NCBI GenBank assembly: GCA_965242635.1
Contig: OZ251471.1
Coordinates: forward strand, 1,227,388-1,291,387
Direction: 5' to 3'
Length of the DNA stretch: 64,000 nt
Source: Bdellovibrionales bacterium
GTDB taxonomy: Bacteria; Bdellovibrionota; Bdellovibrionia; Bdellovibrionales; UBA1609
Shown: positions 52,421-61,171 of the stretch, in pieces
Layout: every line of letters starts with the position of its first letter
Position numbering within the stretch: the stretch's first letter is position 1
Made by a program: the position numbers and the translations under genes
Notes under the pieces: model-generated
The model's database searches: none
What the model saw: the letters and a program-made list of their open reading frames with translations, nothing else
What the model was told of the DNA's origin: nothing

Positions 52421-52735
52421 ATGGACTTGCATACGGCTTTGATGACTGCTGTTGCTCTTATGGCCATCCTGACAGGGCTGGGCTTTGTTTTTAATTTGCT
52501 GTTGGCCCCCGTCAGAGAAAATCAGGAACGGCTCCAGGAAAGTCAGCATCGGCTTCAGGAAAACCAGCAAACGACCGCCAAACGGCTGGGCCATCTGGAA
52601 AAGCGTATGGATCATCTGGAAAAGCGTATGGATCATTTGGAACAGGGCTTTTCATCTCTTAATGCCAAGATGGATCAGCTCCTGTCCCGCATACCTCCAT
52701 TGAGTCCGGAACATACGGCCAAAGCCCCTTCATAA
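52421..52735 (+). CDS. Small membrane-anchored coiled-coil protein (hypothetical)
   Basis: A TM segment (ALMTAVALMAILTGLGFVFNLLL) is followed by heptad-like ...RLGHLEKRMDHLEKRMDHLEQGF. The repeated peptide is encoded by a 21-bp tandem duplication. The start is uncertain (track ORF starts at 52388). Confidence 0.4.
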   Translation: MDLHTALMTAVALMAILTGLGFVFNLLLAPVRENQERLQESQHRLQENQQTTAKRLGHLEKRMDHLEKRMDHLEQGFSSLNAKMDQLLSRIPPLSPEHTAKAPS

Positions 52736-52747
52736 AGGATTATCATC

Positions 52748-53503
52748 TTGCAGGTTCAAACACCCAAATTCAGTGGCCCTTTGGACCTCCTCCTGCAACT
52801 CATCCGCCGGGAGGAGATGGATATCTTTGACATTGATATTCATAAAATCACAGAACAATATTTAAACTCCATTACAGCCTCTTTTCCTGATTTGGATTCG
52901 GCCGGGGACTTTATAAGAATGGCGGCCCTCCTTATTTATATAAAGTCCAAAAGCCTCTTTCCCTCCCCTCCGGATCCAGAAGAAGTGGAACCAGAGGCGG
53001 ATCTGGAAAAAGCCTTAAAGCTCAGCCTTGTCCAAATGCAGGCGGTGCAGAAAACAGCCACCGCCCTTTACCAAAACCGCATGCTTTTAAACAGGGATGT
53101 GTGGAAGGCCGGGGCACCGGAACACATGTCCTCCCTCTTCCCTCCGGGTTTTTTAAGCCTTAAGGCCCAATTAAAAAAACAGCCTCTGCTGGCCCTTCTT
53201 CGTGCCCACAAAAGGGTGTTCCAAAAAACTCAAGCCCCAGACCCTTTAAGCCAGAAAGAGCCAGAACCATCCCTTTCCGACTGCCTCCGTGCCCTCCGTC
53301 GCCACCTTATCCCCCGTGCCCAATTAAAAATGAGCGAGTTGGCAGGCCCAAAAAGCCCCCAAACTCTGATAACTTTTCTGGCTCTGCTGGAGCTTAGCCG
53401 ATGGGGTGTGGTCTCCCTCTCACAAAAAAAAGAGTATTCAGATATTGCCATCACCGTCAAAAAGAGTTTTAATGACCAGGACCTTCACTTTATTCAGGAA
53501 TAA
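52748..53503 (+). CDS. scpA: Segregation and condensation protein A
   Basis: FSGPLDLLLQLIRREEMDIFDIDIHKITEQYL is the characteristic ScpA N-terminus. TTG start. Confidence 0.85.
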   Translation: MQVQTPKFSGPLDLLLQLIRREEMDIFDIDIHKITEQYLNSITASFPDLDSAGDFIRMAALLIYIKSKSLFPSPPDPEEVEPEADLEKALKLSLVQMQAVQKTATALYQNRMLLNRDVWKAGAPEHMSSLFPPGFLSLKAQLKKQPLLALLRAHKRVFQKTQAPDPLSQKEPEPSLSDCLRALRRHLIPRAQLKMSELAGPKSPQTLITFLALLELSRWGVVSLSQKKEYSDIAITVKKSFNDQDLHFIQE

Positions 53504-53509
53504 AGCCAC

Positions 53510-54265
53510 ATGAAAGAAAAACTGTCCCTGACGGATCTTCAGTCCATACTGGAAAGCCTGCTTTTCACCTTGGGTCGACCTTTGTCCCTTCAGGAGCTTT
53601 CACAGGCCTTGAAGGTGGAACAGGTGCCAACCAAAAAAATAAAACAGGCTTTGTCCCTTTTGAGGGCACAGTATCAGGAGTCCCACCGGGGGATGGAGCT
53701 AAAAGAGGTGGCCGGGGGGTGGCAGATCAGAACCAAAGAGGAAAACAAAGACTACATTCGTCGTATGATTAAGGGCCGGCTGTTTCAGCTTTCGGCCCCG
53801 GCCCTTGAGGTCTTGGCCATAGTGGCTTACAGGCAACCCTGCAAAAAAATGAACATAGACGAAGTCCGCGGAGTGGAGTCAGGTCATTTGCTCAAGACCC
53901 TTATGGAAAAAGGGCTGGTTTGCTTTGGATCCAGGAGTCAGGACCCCGGACGCCCCCTCACTTACAAAACCACTCCCCGATTTCTGGAGGTCTTTGACTT
54001 AAAGAGTTTAAAAGACCTTCCGGACTTAAATGATATTCAGGACCTGCTGTCGTCTGAAATAGAATCTCAAAACGAGGGCTTGGAAACCCTGTTAAACCAT
54101 GTTAAAGATCCGCTCAAGGCCTCTCAGGGGCAAAAGAGGATCACTCAGGAGCTTAAGATGGTTTCAGAGGAAATAAACGCCATAAAACCCATCCGACACA
54201 GTGCCCCTTTTTTAAAAAAGCCGGTCGCTTCACCACCACAGGAATCAGATAAAAAGAGCTTATGA
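53510..54265 (+). CDS. scpB: Segregation and condensation protein B
   Basis: ILESLLFTLGRPLSLQELSQAL...GGWQIRTK...LEVLAIVAYRQP form tandem winged-helix motifs. It lies immediately after scpA. Confidence 0.85.
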   Translation: MKEKLSLTDLQSILESLLFTLGRPLSLQELSQALKVEQVPTKKIKQALSLLRAQYQESHRGMELKEVAGGWQIRTKEENKDYIRRMIKGRLFQLSAPALEVLAIVAYRQPCKKMNIDEVRGVESGHLLKTLMEKGLVCFGSRSQDPGRPLTYKTTPRFLEVFDLKSLKDLPDLNDIQDLLSSEIESQNEGLETLLNHVKDPLKASQGQKRITQELKMVSEEINAIKPIRHSAPFLKKPVASPPQESDKKSL

Positions 54266-54918
54266 AAAGAAAAACCAAAAAAATCTCTTTTTGGAAAGCA
54301 CAAAGGGAAAATAAAATCAGCCGTTTTATTTTAAAGCTCCTGCTCTCTCTTTTTGTGCTCTATCACCTCTCCATGATTTTTATCTCTCCCAACACAAGGT
54401 CCCTGGCACATGAAGCCCTTATGCCTTATTTTACTTTTTATGCCTCTGCCCTGTCCTTAAACAACGCGTGGGATTTTTACGCACCCAACCCCACTTACTA
54501 TTACTACCTGGAATATGAAGTGATTGATTCCAAAGACAAAGTGGCCACTTTTCGCTGGCCTCCCAAGAGAAAAGAGTCCCAACTCATTTATCTGAACCAC
54601 AATCGCCTGCTTTACCATGCCCGGTTCTTTATCATGGCCGGTCCTCAAAACATCCGGCGGTATCTTATCCCCTATTTTTGCCGACAGCACCCCTTCGCTG
54701 ATGAAATCACTTTAAAAATCATGTTTGAAAACCGGCCCCACTTCAAAAAGGCCAGGACCTTTCGATCTGATTTCTTTTCCGCAGAAAACTTGGAAAACAT
54801 GAAAATGTGGTCCAACATCCACGCCAGGTGCAAAAAACAAAAGAAAGCCAGAAAAATAAACAGTGAAGACCCTTCTTGGGATTCACCGGCAGAGGAGAGT
54901 CGGGATAATGAGAGCTGA
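54262..54918 (+). CDS. Hypothetical membrane protein upstream of, and probably partnered with, the HTTM protein
   Basis: ATGA overlap with the scpB stop. One N-terminal TM segment (FILKLLLSLFVLYHLSMIFI). Confidence 0.55.
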   Translation: MKRKTKKISFWKAQRENKISRFILKLLLSLFVLYHLSMIFISPNTRSLAHEALMPYFTFYASALSLNNAWDFYAPNPTYYYYLEYEVIDSKDKVATFRWPPKRKESQLIYLNHNRLLYHARFFIMAGPQNIRRYLIPYFCRQHPFADEITLKIMFENRPHFKKARTFRSDFFSAENLENMKMWSNIHARCKKQKKARKINSEDPSWDSPAEESRDNES

Positions 54919-54976
54919 AAAACTGCCCTGTTAAAAGGTATTAAACCTGTAAAAGAGCATAAAGGAGACAAGAGTC

Positions 54977-55909
54977 ATGATAAAATGGATAAAAAACAGT
55001 ACTCTTTTAGGTGCCCAAAAGTGGGATGGCTTTTGGTTTAAGCCTGTGGACACTCTTTCTCTTTCCTGTTTTCGATTTTGTTTTTGCTCTGTCCTGCTGG
55101 TGATGTATCTGATCCGCTTCTCCTCCATCCATCTCTTCTTTCATGAATCCGGTCTGATGAGCGGGAAAGAGGCCCTGGCCCTTAAAAAATTTATAAACAA
55201 GGACATGGCTTTTGACTTTGTGCTCTCATCAGACATGTGGGTTTCTTTTTGTTATTTGTTGTTCATTGTTGTTTTGTTTCTGATGGCTTTGGGGCTGGCC
55301 AATCGTTTTGTGGTCATGGTGGCTTTTGTTCTACATGTCTTGTTTTTGCAAAGAAACCCAAGCATTGTCTTTGGTGCGGATGTGGTGGCCACTTTCTGGC
55401 TTTTTTATTTGATATTTGCCAACTCCAACAAACAGATACGGTGGGTGCATTATTTTTTAAACCGCCAAAGGGGGCTTGTCTCTGAAAGAGCGGAAAAAGG
55501 GGACTGGCTGAACACCATGTCACTTCGTTTTATACAGATACAGTTATGTGTGATCTATATGTTTTCCGGCCTGGAAAAACTGAAAGGGGGTTCCTGGTGG
55601 GAGGGCACAGCTATATGGGAGGCCCTTTCTTTTTACGATTTCGCCATTATGGATTTCTCCTTTTTGCTGTCCTGGCCCCTGCTCTCTGCTTTTCTGACGG
55701 CTTTCACCTTGCTGTTTGAAATTTATTTTCCCATTTTGGTATGGACCTCAAAATTAAGGAAAGTGGTCCTTTTGGCCGGCCTCGCCCTCCATATTGGCAT
55801 TGCCTTAAGCCTTAACCTCCACTTTTTCTCCCTCATCATGCTTTCGGCCTATATCCTGTTCATCCCCTCAGAGGCTTTGAGAAGGGGCCTGAAAAAGCTC
55901 AAGCTCTGA
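54977..55909 (+). CDS. HTTM (vitamin K-dependent gamma-carboxylase-like) domain membrane protein
   Basis: WDGFWFKPVDTLSLSCFRFCF.. is the typical HTTM N-terminus. The protein is polytopic. Confidence 0.7.
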   Translation: MIKWIKNSTLLGAQKWDGFWFKPVDTLSLSCFRFCFCSVLLVMYLIRFSSIHLFFHESGLMSGKEALALKKFINKDMAFDFVLSSDMWVSFCYLLFIVVLFLMALGLANRFVVMVAFVLHVLFLQRNPSIVFGADVVATFWLFYLIFANSNKQIRWVHYFLNRQRGLVSERAEKGDWLNTMSLRFIQIQLCVIYMFSGLEKLKGGSWWEGTAIWEALSFYDFAIMDFSFLLSWPLLSAFLTAFTLLFEIYFPILVWTSKLRKVVLLAGLALHIGIALSLNLHFFSLIMLSAYILFIPSEALRRGLKKLKL

Positions 55910-56248
55910 TTCATCGGCTCTGAAAAAGGTCTTTTTTCGAGCCAGATTCCCGCGGGACTCCACTGCCTTCATTTTGAGAAGTTGACCAAAAAATTCGGTA
56001 AAAATTCGGATTTCCGAATTTTTTCGTCTCAAAACCCCCTTTTTGGCCCTCCATTCGCCCTCTCCCTTTTGCATTCACTTTTTATGTGTGCCCATCAAAG
56101 CGGGGGAACTTCAACCACGACCACTCTGGTTAAACGACACCAGGTGGCTGGCAAAAGCCCCCCGCCTTGAAGGGCCTGAAGGCAAAAAGTGGGGGCCATA
56201 AAGGCCTCAAAAAAAATGTTTAACAGGAACACCAAAAAAGGAGGAACC

Positions 56249-56566
56249 ATGAAGGAAAAAAAAGTGTCAAAAAACCGGCACAACAAGTCCGGAAAAAAAC
56301 GGCAGAAAACACAAACAGAGAACAGAAAAAAACAAAGAGGCCAGGGCCTGATTGAGTATTTAATTCTGGTGGCCCTTATGGGGGTGGCCACCATTGGAGT
56401 GATAAGGGTGCTGAATCAAACCATCAAGTCCCGGTTTGCTTCGGCTGTGTATGCTCTTCAGGGAAAACCCAAGAAAGTCCGGATGGAGAGATTAAAAGAG
56501 CAGGATTATCAAAAGAGCGACTTGGGTAACTTTATGAACGGGGCCGCCAGCAAGAAGAAAAAATAA
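56249..56566 (+). CDS. Flp-family (type IVb) pilin with a long Lys-rich leader
   Basis: AGGAGG SD upstream. ...QRGQG/LIEYLILVALMGVATIGV is the Flp G/xxxxEY processing motif followed by a hydrophobic helix. The track ORF starts at 56189. Confidence 0.65.
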   Translation: MKEKKVSKNRHNKSGKKRQKTQTENRKKQRGQGLIEYLILVALMGVATIGVIRVLNQTIKSRFASAVYALQGKPKKVRMERLKEQDYQKSDLGNFMNGAASKKKK

Positions 56567-56590
56567 GCCCCAAAAACAAGGTAAAGGAAA

Positions 56591-57154
56591 ATGTTTTGTT
56601 CAAAAGATATTAAAAAACAGGGTGCGTCCCAAAAGAAAGGGGGTCCATTATTGTCATTGGTGCTGTGGTTTATCAAACACAGGACGCACCCCCGCTTTGC
56701 GGGTAAACGGACCAAGTGGTCCAATCGAAGAACCTTATTTCGTCTTGCCACCCGCTTTGCGGGTAAATGGGCCAGATGCCCCGATCGGAGGGTTTCCGGT
56801 CAGGCCCTGCTGGAGGCTTTGGTATCACTGCCTTTGGTCAGTGCCTGTTTTATACTGTGCCTTTTGTTTTTTCATGTTTTTACGCAAACTCTTTATATGG
56901 ACCATCAGCTTTATCAGTCTCTTGTTTGTCTGGCTGAGGGAAAACCAAAAGCCACTTGTGAGAAAGCTCTTCAGAAGAAAATAAAGTCTTTTCTTTGGAC
57001 AGGAAAACTAAACCACTTAAAGCTTAAAAAGAGAGAGGAAAAATGGAGTGGTCAATTTACATGGGAGACGGGGTTTTGGAAAATCCCCTTTCAACAAACC
57101 CTGAGTCAACAAACGCTGAGTCAACAAACCCTGAACAGGGGGGCTTTGTTGTGA
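56591..57154 (+). CDS. TadE-like protein; the 5' part reads through two hairpin-repeat copies
   Basis: RRVSGQALLEALVSLPLVSACFIL is a TadE-type N-terminal motif. No in-frame start codon lies closer than the ATG at 56591. Confidence 0.5.
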   Translation: MFCSKDIKKQGASQKKGGPLLSLVLWFIKHRTHPRFAGKRTKWSNRRTLFRLATRFAGKWARCPDRRVSGQALLEALVSLPLVSACFILCLLFFHVFTQTLYMDHQLYQSLVCLAEGKPKATCEKALQKKIKSFLWTGKLNHLKLKKREEKWSGQFTWETGFWKIPFQQTLSQQTLSQQTLNRGALL

Positions 57155-57864
57155 TTCCCACAAAACAAAGAGGGTATATTATGAGCCTGCTTTTGCTGAG
57201 TCTTCCAGTGTTTGCCGGTGCTTTAATGGTTTTGACAGCCCTGATCTTTTGTATCCGAAACCATGATCGGGCACAAAGCTATTGTTTCAAGCAAAGCCTT
57301 GGGGCACAGGAAAACCTGAAAACAGCTTTAAGGGATTTGCTTAAGCTTAACCCAAAGGCCAAAAAGTTAAGGCAAAAGCAAAAAAGACTGACCAGGCTTT
57401 ATCGAAAAGCTTTGTCCATAGGTGAGCCGATCTCCATTTCGGTCTTAAAGGCCCGTCTCCTCTTCCTGAAAAAACAAAGAATCCTTTTGGACACAAGGCA
57501 AAAACAGATTTTAACCCAAAGCCGGCAATATGTGACAAAGGCTTATGCTGACTTCAAAAAAATAAAGAGCTTTGGTGCTCAACAAATAAACAAAGCTCAT
57601 CATCGCCCTTACCCGCTGGCGGTGTCCGCTCACCCCAAAGGGGGCCTGGCACCTGTGTATCGCCCTTTAAGTCGCTTTTCCGCAAATCAGGCTCTCTCCT
57701 TTTCATGGAAAATACCTTTGGATTATTCTTTGCCCATGTGGCTGAGAAAAGTGTTTTTTGAGCAAAAGCTCTCTTCTTACCAGTGTTCTGCCACTATCAA
57801 AAAACATGGTCTTAAGTGGAAAGTTGTGCTCACCTCCCTTCACAGAAAAGGAGCTTTCTTATGA
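57151..57864 (+). CDS. Putative Tad-type pseudopilin / pilus assembly protein
   Basis: The GTG start overlaps the upstream TGA (GTGA). KQRGYIMSLLLLSLPVFAGALMVLTALIF is a TadE/TadG-like N-terminus. The track ORF starts at 57043. Confidence 0.45.
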   Translation: MIPTKQRGYIMSLLLLSLPVFAGALMVLTALIFCIRNHDRAQSYCFKQSLGAQENLKTALRDLLKLNPKAKKLRQKQKRLTRLYRKALSIGEPISISVLKARLLFLKKQRILLDTRQKQILTQSRQYVTKAYADFKKIKSFGAQQINKAHHRPYPLAVSAHPKGGLAPVYRPLSRFSANQALSFSWKIPLDYSLPMWLRKVFFEQKLSSYQCSATIKKHGLKWKVVLTSLHRKGAFL

Positions 57865-58049
57865 AACAGCAAAGAGGGGGGACACGGAAAGTGAAAAGCC
57901 ACAAAACAAAAGGGCAGGTGCTGTTGGAGACGATATGGCTTGTTTTGTTTGCCTTTGCTTTTTTGACCATGCTGAGCCACTTATACAAAGAGGGAAAAAA
58001 GGAAATTGAAATGATCCGGATAAAACAAAGCCAACCAAGATCAAAATAA
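57861..58049 (+). CDS. Small TadE-like protein
   Basis: ATGA overlap with the upstream stop. KGQVLLETIWLVLFAFAFL is the relevant motif. Confidence 0.4.
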   Translation: MKQQRGGTRKVKSHKTKGQVLLETIWLVLFAFAFLTMLSHLYKEGKKEIEMIRIKQSQPRSK

Positions 58050-58061
58050 CAGGAGGAAAAA

Positions 58062-58562
58062 ATGACTCAATTCAAATGGAACACTTGGATCAGGGAAAAC
58101 AAAAAAACCTGTCAGATATGGGCTGTTTTGATTTTGACAGCCTTTGTGGCCACTTTTGGGCAAGGCGGGAACCAGAAAACAAACAAAGCCCTGTCCCAAA
58201 AAAACATAGACACCTATATTCCGGAAGGCTTTGTGCTGGTGCCAGTGGAATTGAGCAACAGCCTCTCTCTCACCGGTCTTTTGGCGGACAGGGGGGTGGT
58301 GGATCTTTATACCGGGGATCCGGCCCGGAGGAGGGCAGAAAAAGTGGCCGAAGGGATAAAAATTATCCGCTCCCCCCGTGATCCCTCTTTTTTTGCTGTT
58401 CTGGCTCCAGAGGCTCAAGCCCCCTTTCTCATTCAACGATTTCAGGCTTTTCATGCTGTGATTCAAAACCCTTTGCACAAAAAAAAATCCCATATTCGCC
58501 CTTTGAGGGGAAAAAACCGCCGATCCATTGTCATAGAACTTGAAAGTGCCCTGAATTTATGA
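58062..58562 (+). CDS. Possible CpaB/RcpC-like Flp pilus assembly protein (short)
   Basis: An N-terminal TM segment is followed by ...IPEGFVLVPVEL...VDLY.. . The resemblance is weak and rests largely on context. Confidence 0.35.
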   Translation: MTQFKWNTWIRENKKTCQIWAVLILTAFVATFGQGGNQKTNKALSQKNIDTYIPEGFVLVPVELSNSLSLTGLLADRGVVDLYTGDPARRRAEKVAEGIKIIRSPRDPSFFAVLAPEAQAPFLIQRFQAFHAVIQNPLHKKKSHIRPLRGKNRRSIVIELESALNL

Positions 58563-58608
58563 TTGTGTTGTGTGGGGAAAAATGAGAGACCACTAAAGGG
58601 GGAAAAAC

Positions 58609-59733
58609 ATGTGTTCCCGGCTTGATTTATTGATTCTTAAAATCCTGGACCGGACAGGCAAAAGCCTGTTTAAGCTTTTGTCCCGTATCCCGTCCTTATC
58701 AGCTTTGTCTGTGGCTCTTTCAGGCCCTTTTTTTTGGCTGTTGTCTTACGATTCTTTTGCCTCTCTTCCCAATGCTGTTTTGATTCGTGCACCCAACACA
58801 CCAGCGAAAGAGTTTTCCGCTTATGCGGAAACAGAGCCTGTCAAAACCTATATTCAACATCGATTGGACAAGATCAAAAAAACCCCACGACCCTTGAATC
58901 TGCGGTCTCTTTTGAAACAGGCTCAGATGGACTTTTTGTCTCATGAGCCGGCTCATTCCAAAAAAAGTTTTCAGGCCATTTTCGAGCATATCCATGCTTT
59001 TGACTGGAACGAGGAGGAGAGAAAAATTATTTTCTACAGCCTTTTTCGCTTGGCTCAGCTGGAAAAAGACCCAAAAAAGCAGACTCTTTTACTGAAGGAG
59101 GCTTTGGCTTTCAGCATGGATCTTAAAGTGGATAAAGGTCTTTTTCCCCCTCCTGTGACAAGTCGTTATGAGCAGATTAAAAAATCGGCTGATTATGTGT
59201 CCGTGAACTTAAAGAAAATTTTTCCACAGCATCCTGTGGTTATCCTCAATGGTCGTGTGTATTCCCATCAGGAAAGCCCTGTTTTGCCTTATGGCCTTTA
59301 CAGGGTCAATGCATTAAGTGCCTCCCATAAATCCTGGACCAAAGTGCTCTCCCTTTCCCGGTTGATGGTGACCAACCCCGGCAGGAAAGCCCTGGTGGGA
59401 GGTGATTGCCGTAACCCGACTCTCACAGACCAGGACTTAAAGGGTCAGAACCTGCTGATTTTGTTTCCCAACTTTTGTGTATGGAGTTCGGCTGTTCAGC
59501 TGGCCAAAGCACAAAAAAAAGAGCTTTTGCCTGTAAAGGTTCAGATGGCAGAGAATTTAAAAGAGCCTGAGGAGGACCAGGGGCATTGGGAGGAATGGCT
59601 GTGGCTGGGGGTGGCTGTGGTGGGAGGGGCCACTGCCCTTTGGGCCTTGACCCGGAACGGGCAAAAAGAACAACAGAGATCGCCAAACCCCCCGGAAGAA
59701 AATCCTGCCCCCACAGTCAAAATAGGTTTTTAA
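58609..59733 (+). CDS. Hypothetical protein with a C-terminal TM anchor
   Basis: A 374-codon ORF following the Tad-like genes, with the TM segment WLWLGVAVVGGATALWAL near the C-terminus. Confidence 0.45.
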   Translation: MCSRLDLLILKILDRTGKSLFKLLSRIPSLSALSVALSGPFFWLLSYDSFASLPNAVLIRAPNTPAKEFSAYAETEPVKTYIQHRLDKIKKTPRPLNLRSLLKQAQMDFLSHEPAHSKKSFQAIFEHIHAFDWNEEERKIIFYSLFRLAQLEKDPKKQTLLLKEALAFSMDLKVDKGLFPPPVTSRYEQIKKSADYVSVNLKKIFPQHPVVILNGRVYSHQESPVLPYGLYRVNALSASHKSWTKVLSLSRLMVTNPGRKALVGGDCRNPTLTDQDLKGQNLLILFPNFCVWSSAVQLAKAQKKELLPVKVQMAENLKEPEEDQGHWEEWLWLGVAVVGGATALWALTRNGQKEQQRSPNPPEENPAPTVKIGF

Positions 59734-59920
59734 GCCAAACTGGCTTTGAAAAAGGTGCCGCTTGTAGGGTTTTTTCCTCTTATCCGGAAAATTTGAATCA
59801 TGAATTTTCAAACAAGATCGGTATAAGCCAAACTGGCTTTGAAAAAGGTGCCGCTTGTAGGGTTTTTTCCTCTTATCCGGAAAATTTGAATCATGAATTT
59901 TTCAAACAAGATCGGTATAA
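59729..59920 (+). repeat. Interspersed modular element, copies E1+E2 (head-to-tail dimer, 93-bp period, lacking the hairpin module)
   Basis: TAAGCCAAACTGGCTTTGAAAAAGGTGCCGCTTGTAGGGTTTTTTCCTCTTATCCGGAAAATTTGAATCATGAATTTT(T)CAAACAAGATCGGTATAA occurs twice. The two units share the junction TAA. Confidence 0.9.
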
Positions 59921-59947
59921 ACCGAAAAAAGGGCCGACCAAAGAAAT

Positions 59948-60994
59948 TCACTTCGTCCTGCCACCCGCTTCGCGGGCACTTGTCTTGTTTTTAATACATA
60001 AGAGCCGTTCGCTGACAGTCCATTTTTTTCCCAACAGAAAAAAGCTGAAATTTTTTTGTTTTCGGGCAAGTTGTTTTAATATCTCTTTTATATGCCCCAG
60101 GTTGTAACGCCAACACCCTTTTCTCCTTAAGTAACAGGCCATAATTTTGGCCTGATCCTCAGGCAGAAGCTTTAAAAGCCTGTCTCTTCTGAGAGCCGGG
60201 CCTTCCACCAAACCACCGGGCTTTTGTGTGGGGTCGGAAAGTGGAGGCAAAAGTGACAGCTCCTTGGAATGGGCCAGCAAGCTTAGAGAGCGTGACAGGG
60301 CTTTTAAAGCTCCGGGTTTTTTTGCTGAAAGTTCCGTGAGCCACTTATGGCGAATCCAGTTTCTTAAACTTTTTTCTGTTGATTTGTTGCTGGGGTCCTC
60401 ACACCACTTGAGCCGGGTTTTAAGAGCGTAGTCTTTGATCTGAGAGCGGCTGTTTTCTATCAGGGGCCTCAGCAGGCGGCCTCTTTTAAACTGCATGGCC
60501 TTTAAGCCCCAAGGGCCTGTGCCCCGGATCAGACGCAGGAGGCGTGTTTCCAGCAGATCGTCTGCCGTATGAGCCAAAACCATCCAGTGAGCTTTGGACT
60601 GTTTAAAATACTTTAAAAACACCTGATAGCGAAAAGCCCGCAGATCCGCTGAACTCTTGGGCTTTGGTCCCTGGGGCAGGGCCGTCAGCCGGCGGTCACC
60701 GCCCTTGGAGGGGCTGTTGGAATAAAAAGGCAGGTGGTTTTTCCGGCAAAAACTTTGCACCAGCTTTAGAGCTTTATCCTGAAAAGCCCTTTGTTTTTTA
60801 TCCTCTGAGCCATGGTGCACATGCACCACAGAAAGCTTGAGTTTAAGGGGACGGCCAAGCGACCACAGAACATGGAGCAAAGTCATGGAATCCAGGCCCC
60901 CTGACACCCCCACCAGCAAATGCTGATTTTGTATGCGACAGGCCCTTAAGCTTTTTAACACTGCATGAAACAAAAAATGGTTGGACTTTTTCAA
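59948..60994 (-). CDS. tilS: tRNA(Ile)-lysidine synthase
   Basis: PP-loop LLVGVSGGLDSMTLLHVL. The last ~10 codons lie in a hairpin repeat (CCACCCGCTTCGCGGGC). Confidence 0.85.
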   Translation of the reverse strand: MKKSNHFLFHAVLKSLRACRIQNQHLLVGVSGGLDSMTLLHVLWSLGRPLKLKLSVVHVHHGSEDKKQRAFQDKALKLVQSFCRKNHLPFYSNSPSKGGDRRLTALPQGPKPKSSADLRAFRYQVFLKYFKQSKAHWMVLAHTADDLLETRLLRLIRGTGPWGLKAMQFKRGRLLRPLIENSRSQIKDYALKTRLKWCEDPSNKSTEKSLRNWIRHKWLTELSAKKPGALKALSRSLSLLAHSKELSLLPPLSDPTQKPGGLVEGPALRRDRLLKLLPEDQAKIMACYLRRKGCWRYNLGHIKEILKQLARKQKNFSFFLLGKKWTVSERLLCIKNKTSAREAGGRTK

Positions 60995-61124
60995 CTGCTC
61001 CTCCCTCCTGTCACTTCCTTATAGATCACATTGCAGGGCATGTTTATCCCCCAATGGGTTTCTTTTTTAATTGCCTTTTCCCATTTTTGATTATACAGTC
61101 CGTCCTGAACAAAGGCAATTCAGG

Positions 61125-61171
61125 CTAAACCAAACTGGCTTGGGAACAGGCAGGAAAGGGGCAGGATGCGT
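61125..61171 (+). repeat. Interspersed modular element, copy F (truncated: left terminus plus a partial hairpin module), flanked by 7-bp direct repeats
   Basis: CTAAACCAAACTGGCTTGGGAACAGGCAGGAAAGGGGCAGGATGCGT is flanked by ATTCAGG at 61118-61124 and 61172-61178. Confidence 0.6.

Noticed and set aside
59586-60107. A 173-codon plus-strand ORF (…SQTGFEKGAACRVFSSYPENLNHEF… twice)
   Set aside because: It is produced by reading out of the 3' end of the 58609-59733 gene region through the two tandem element copies and into the antisense of tilS. The duplicated peptide is the open frame of the element, not a gene.
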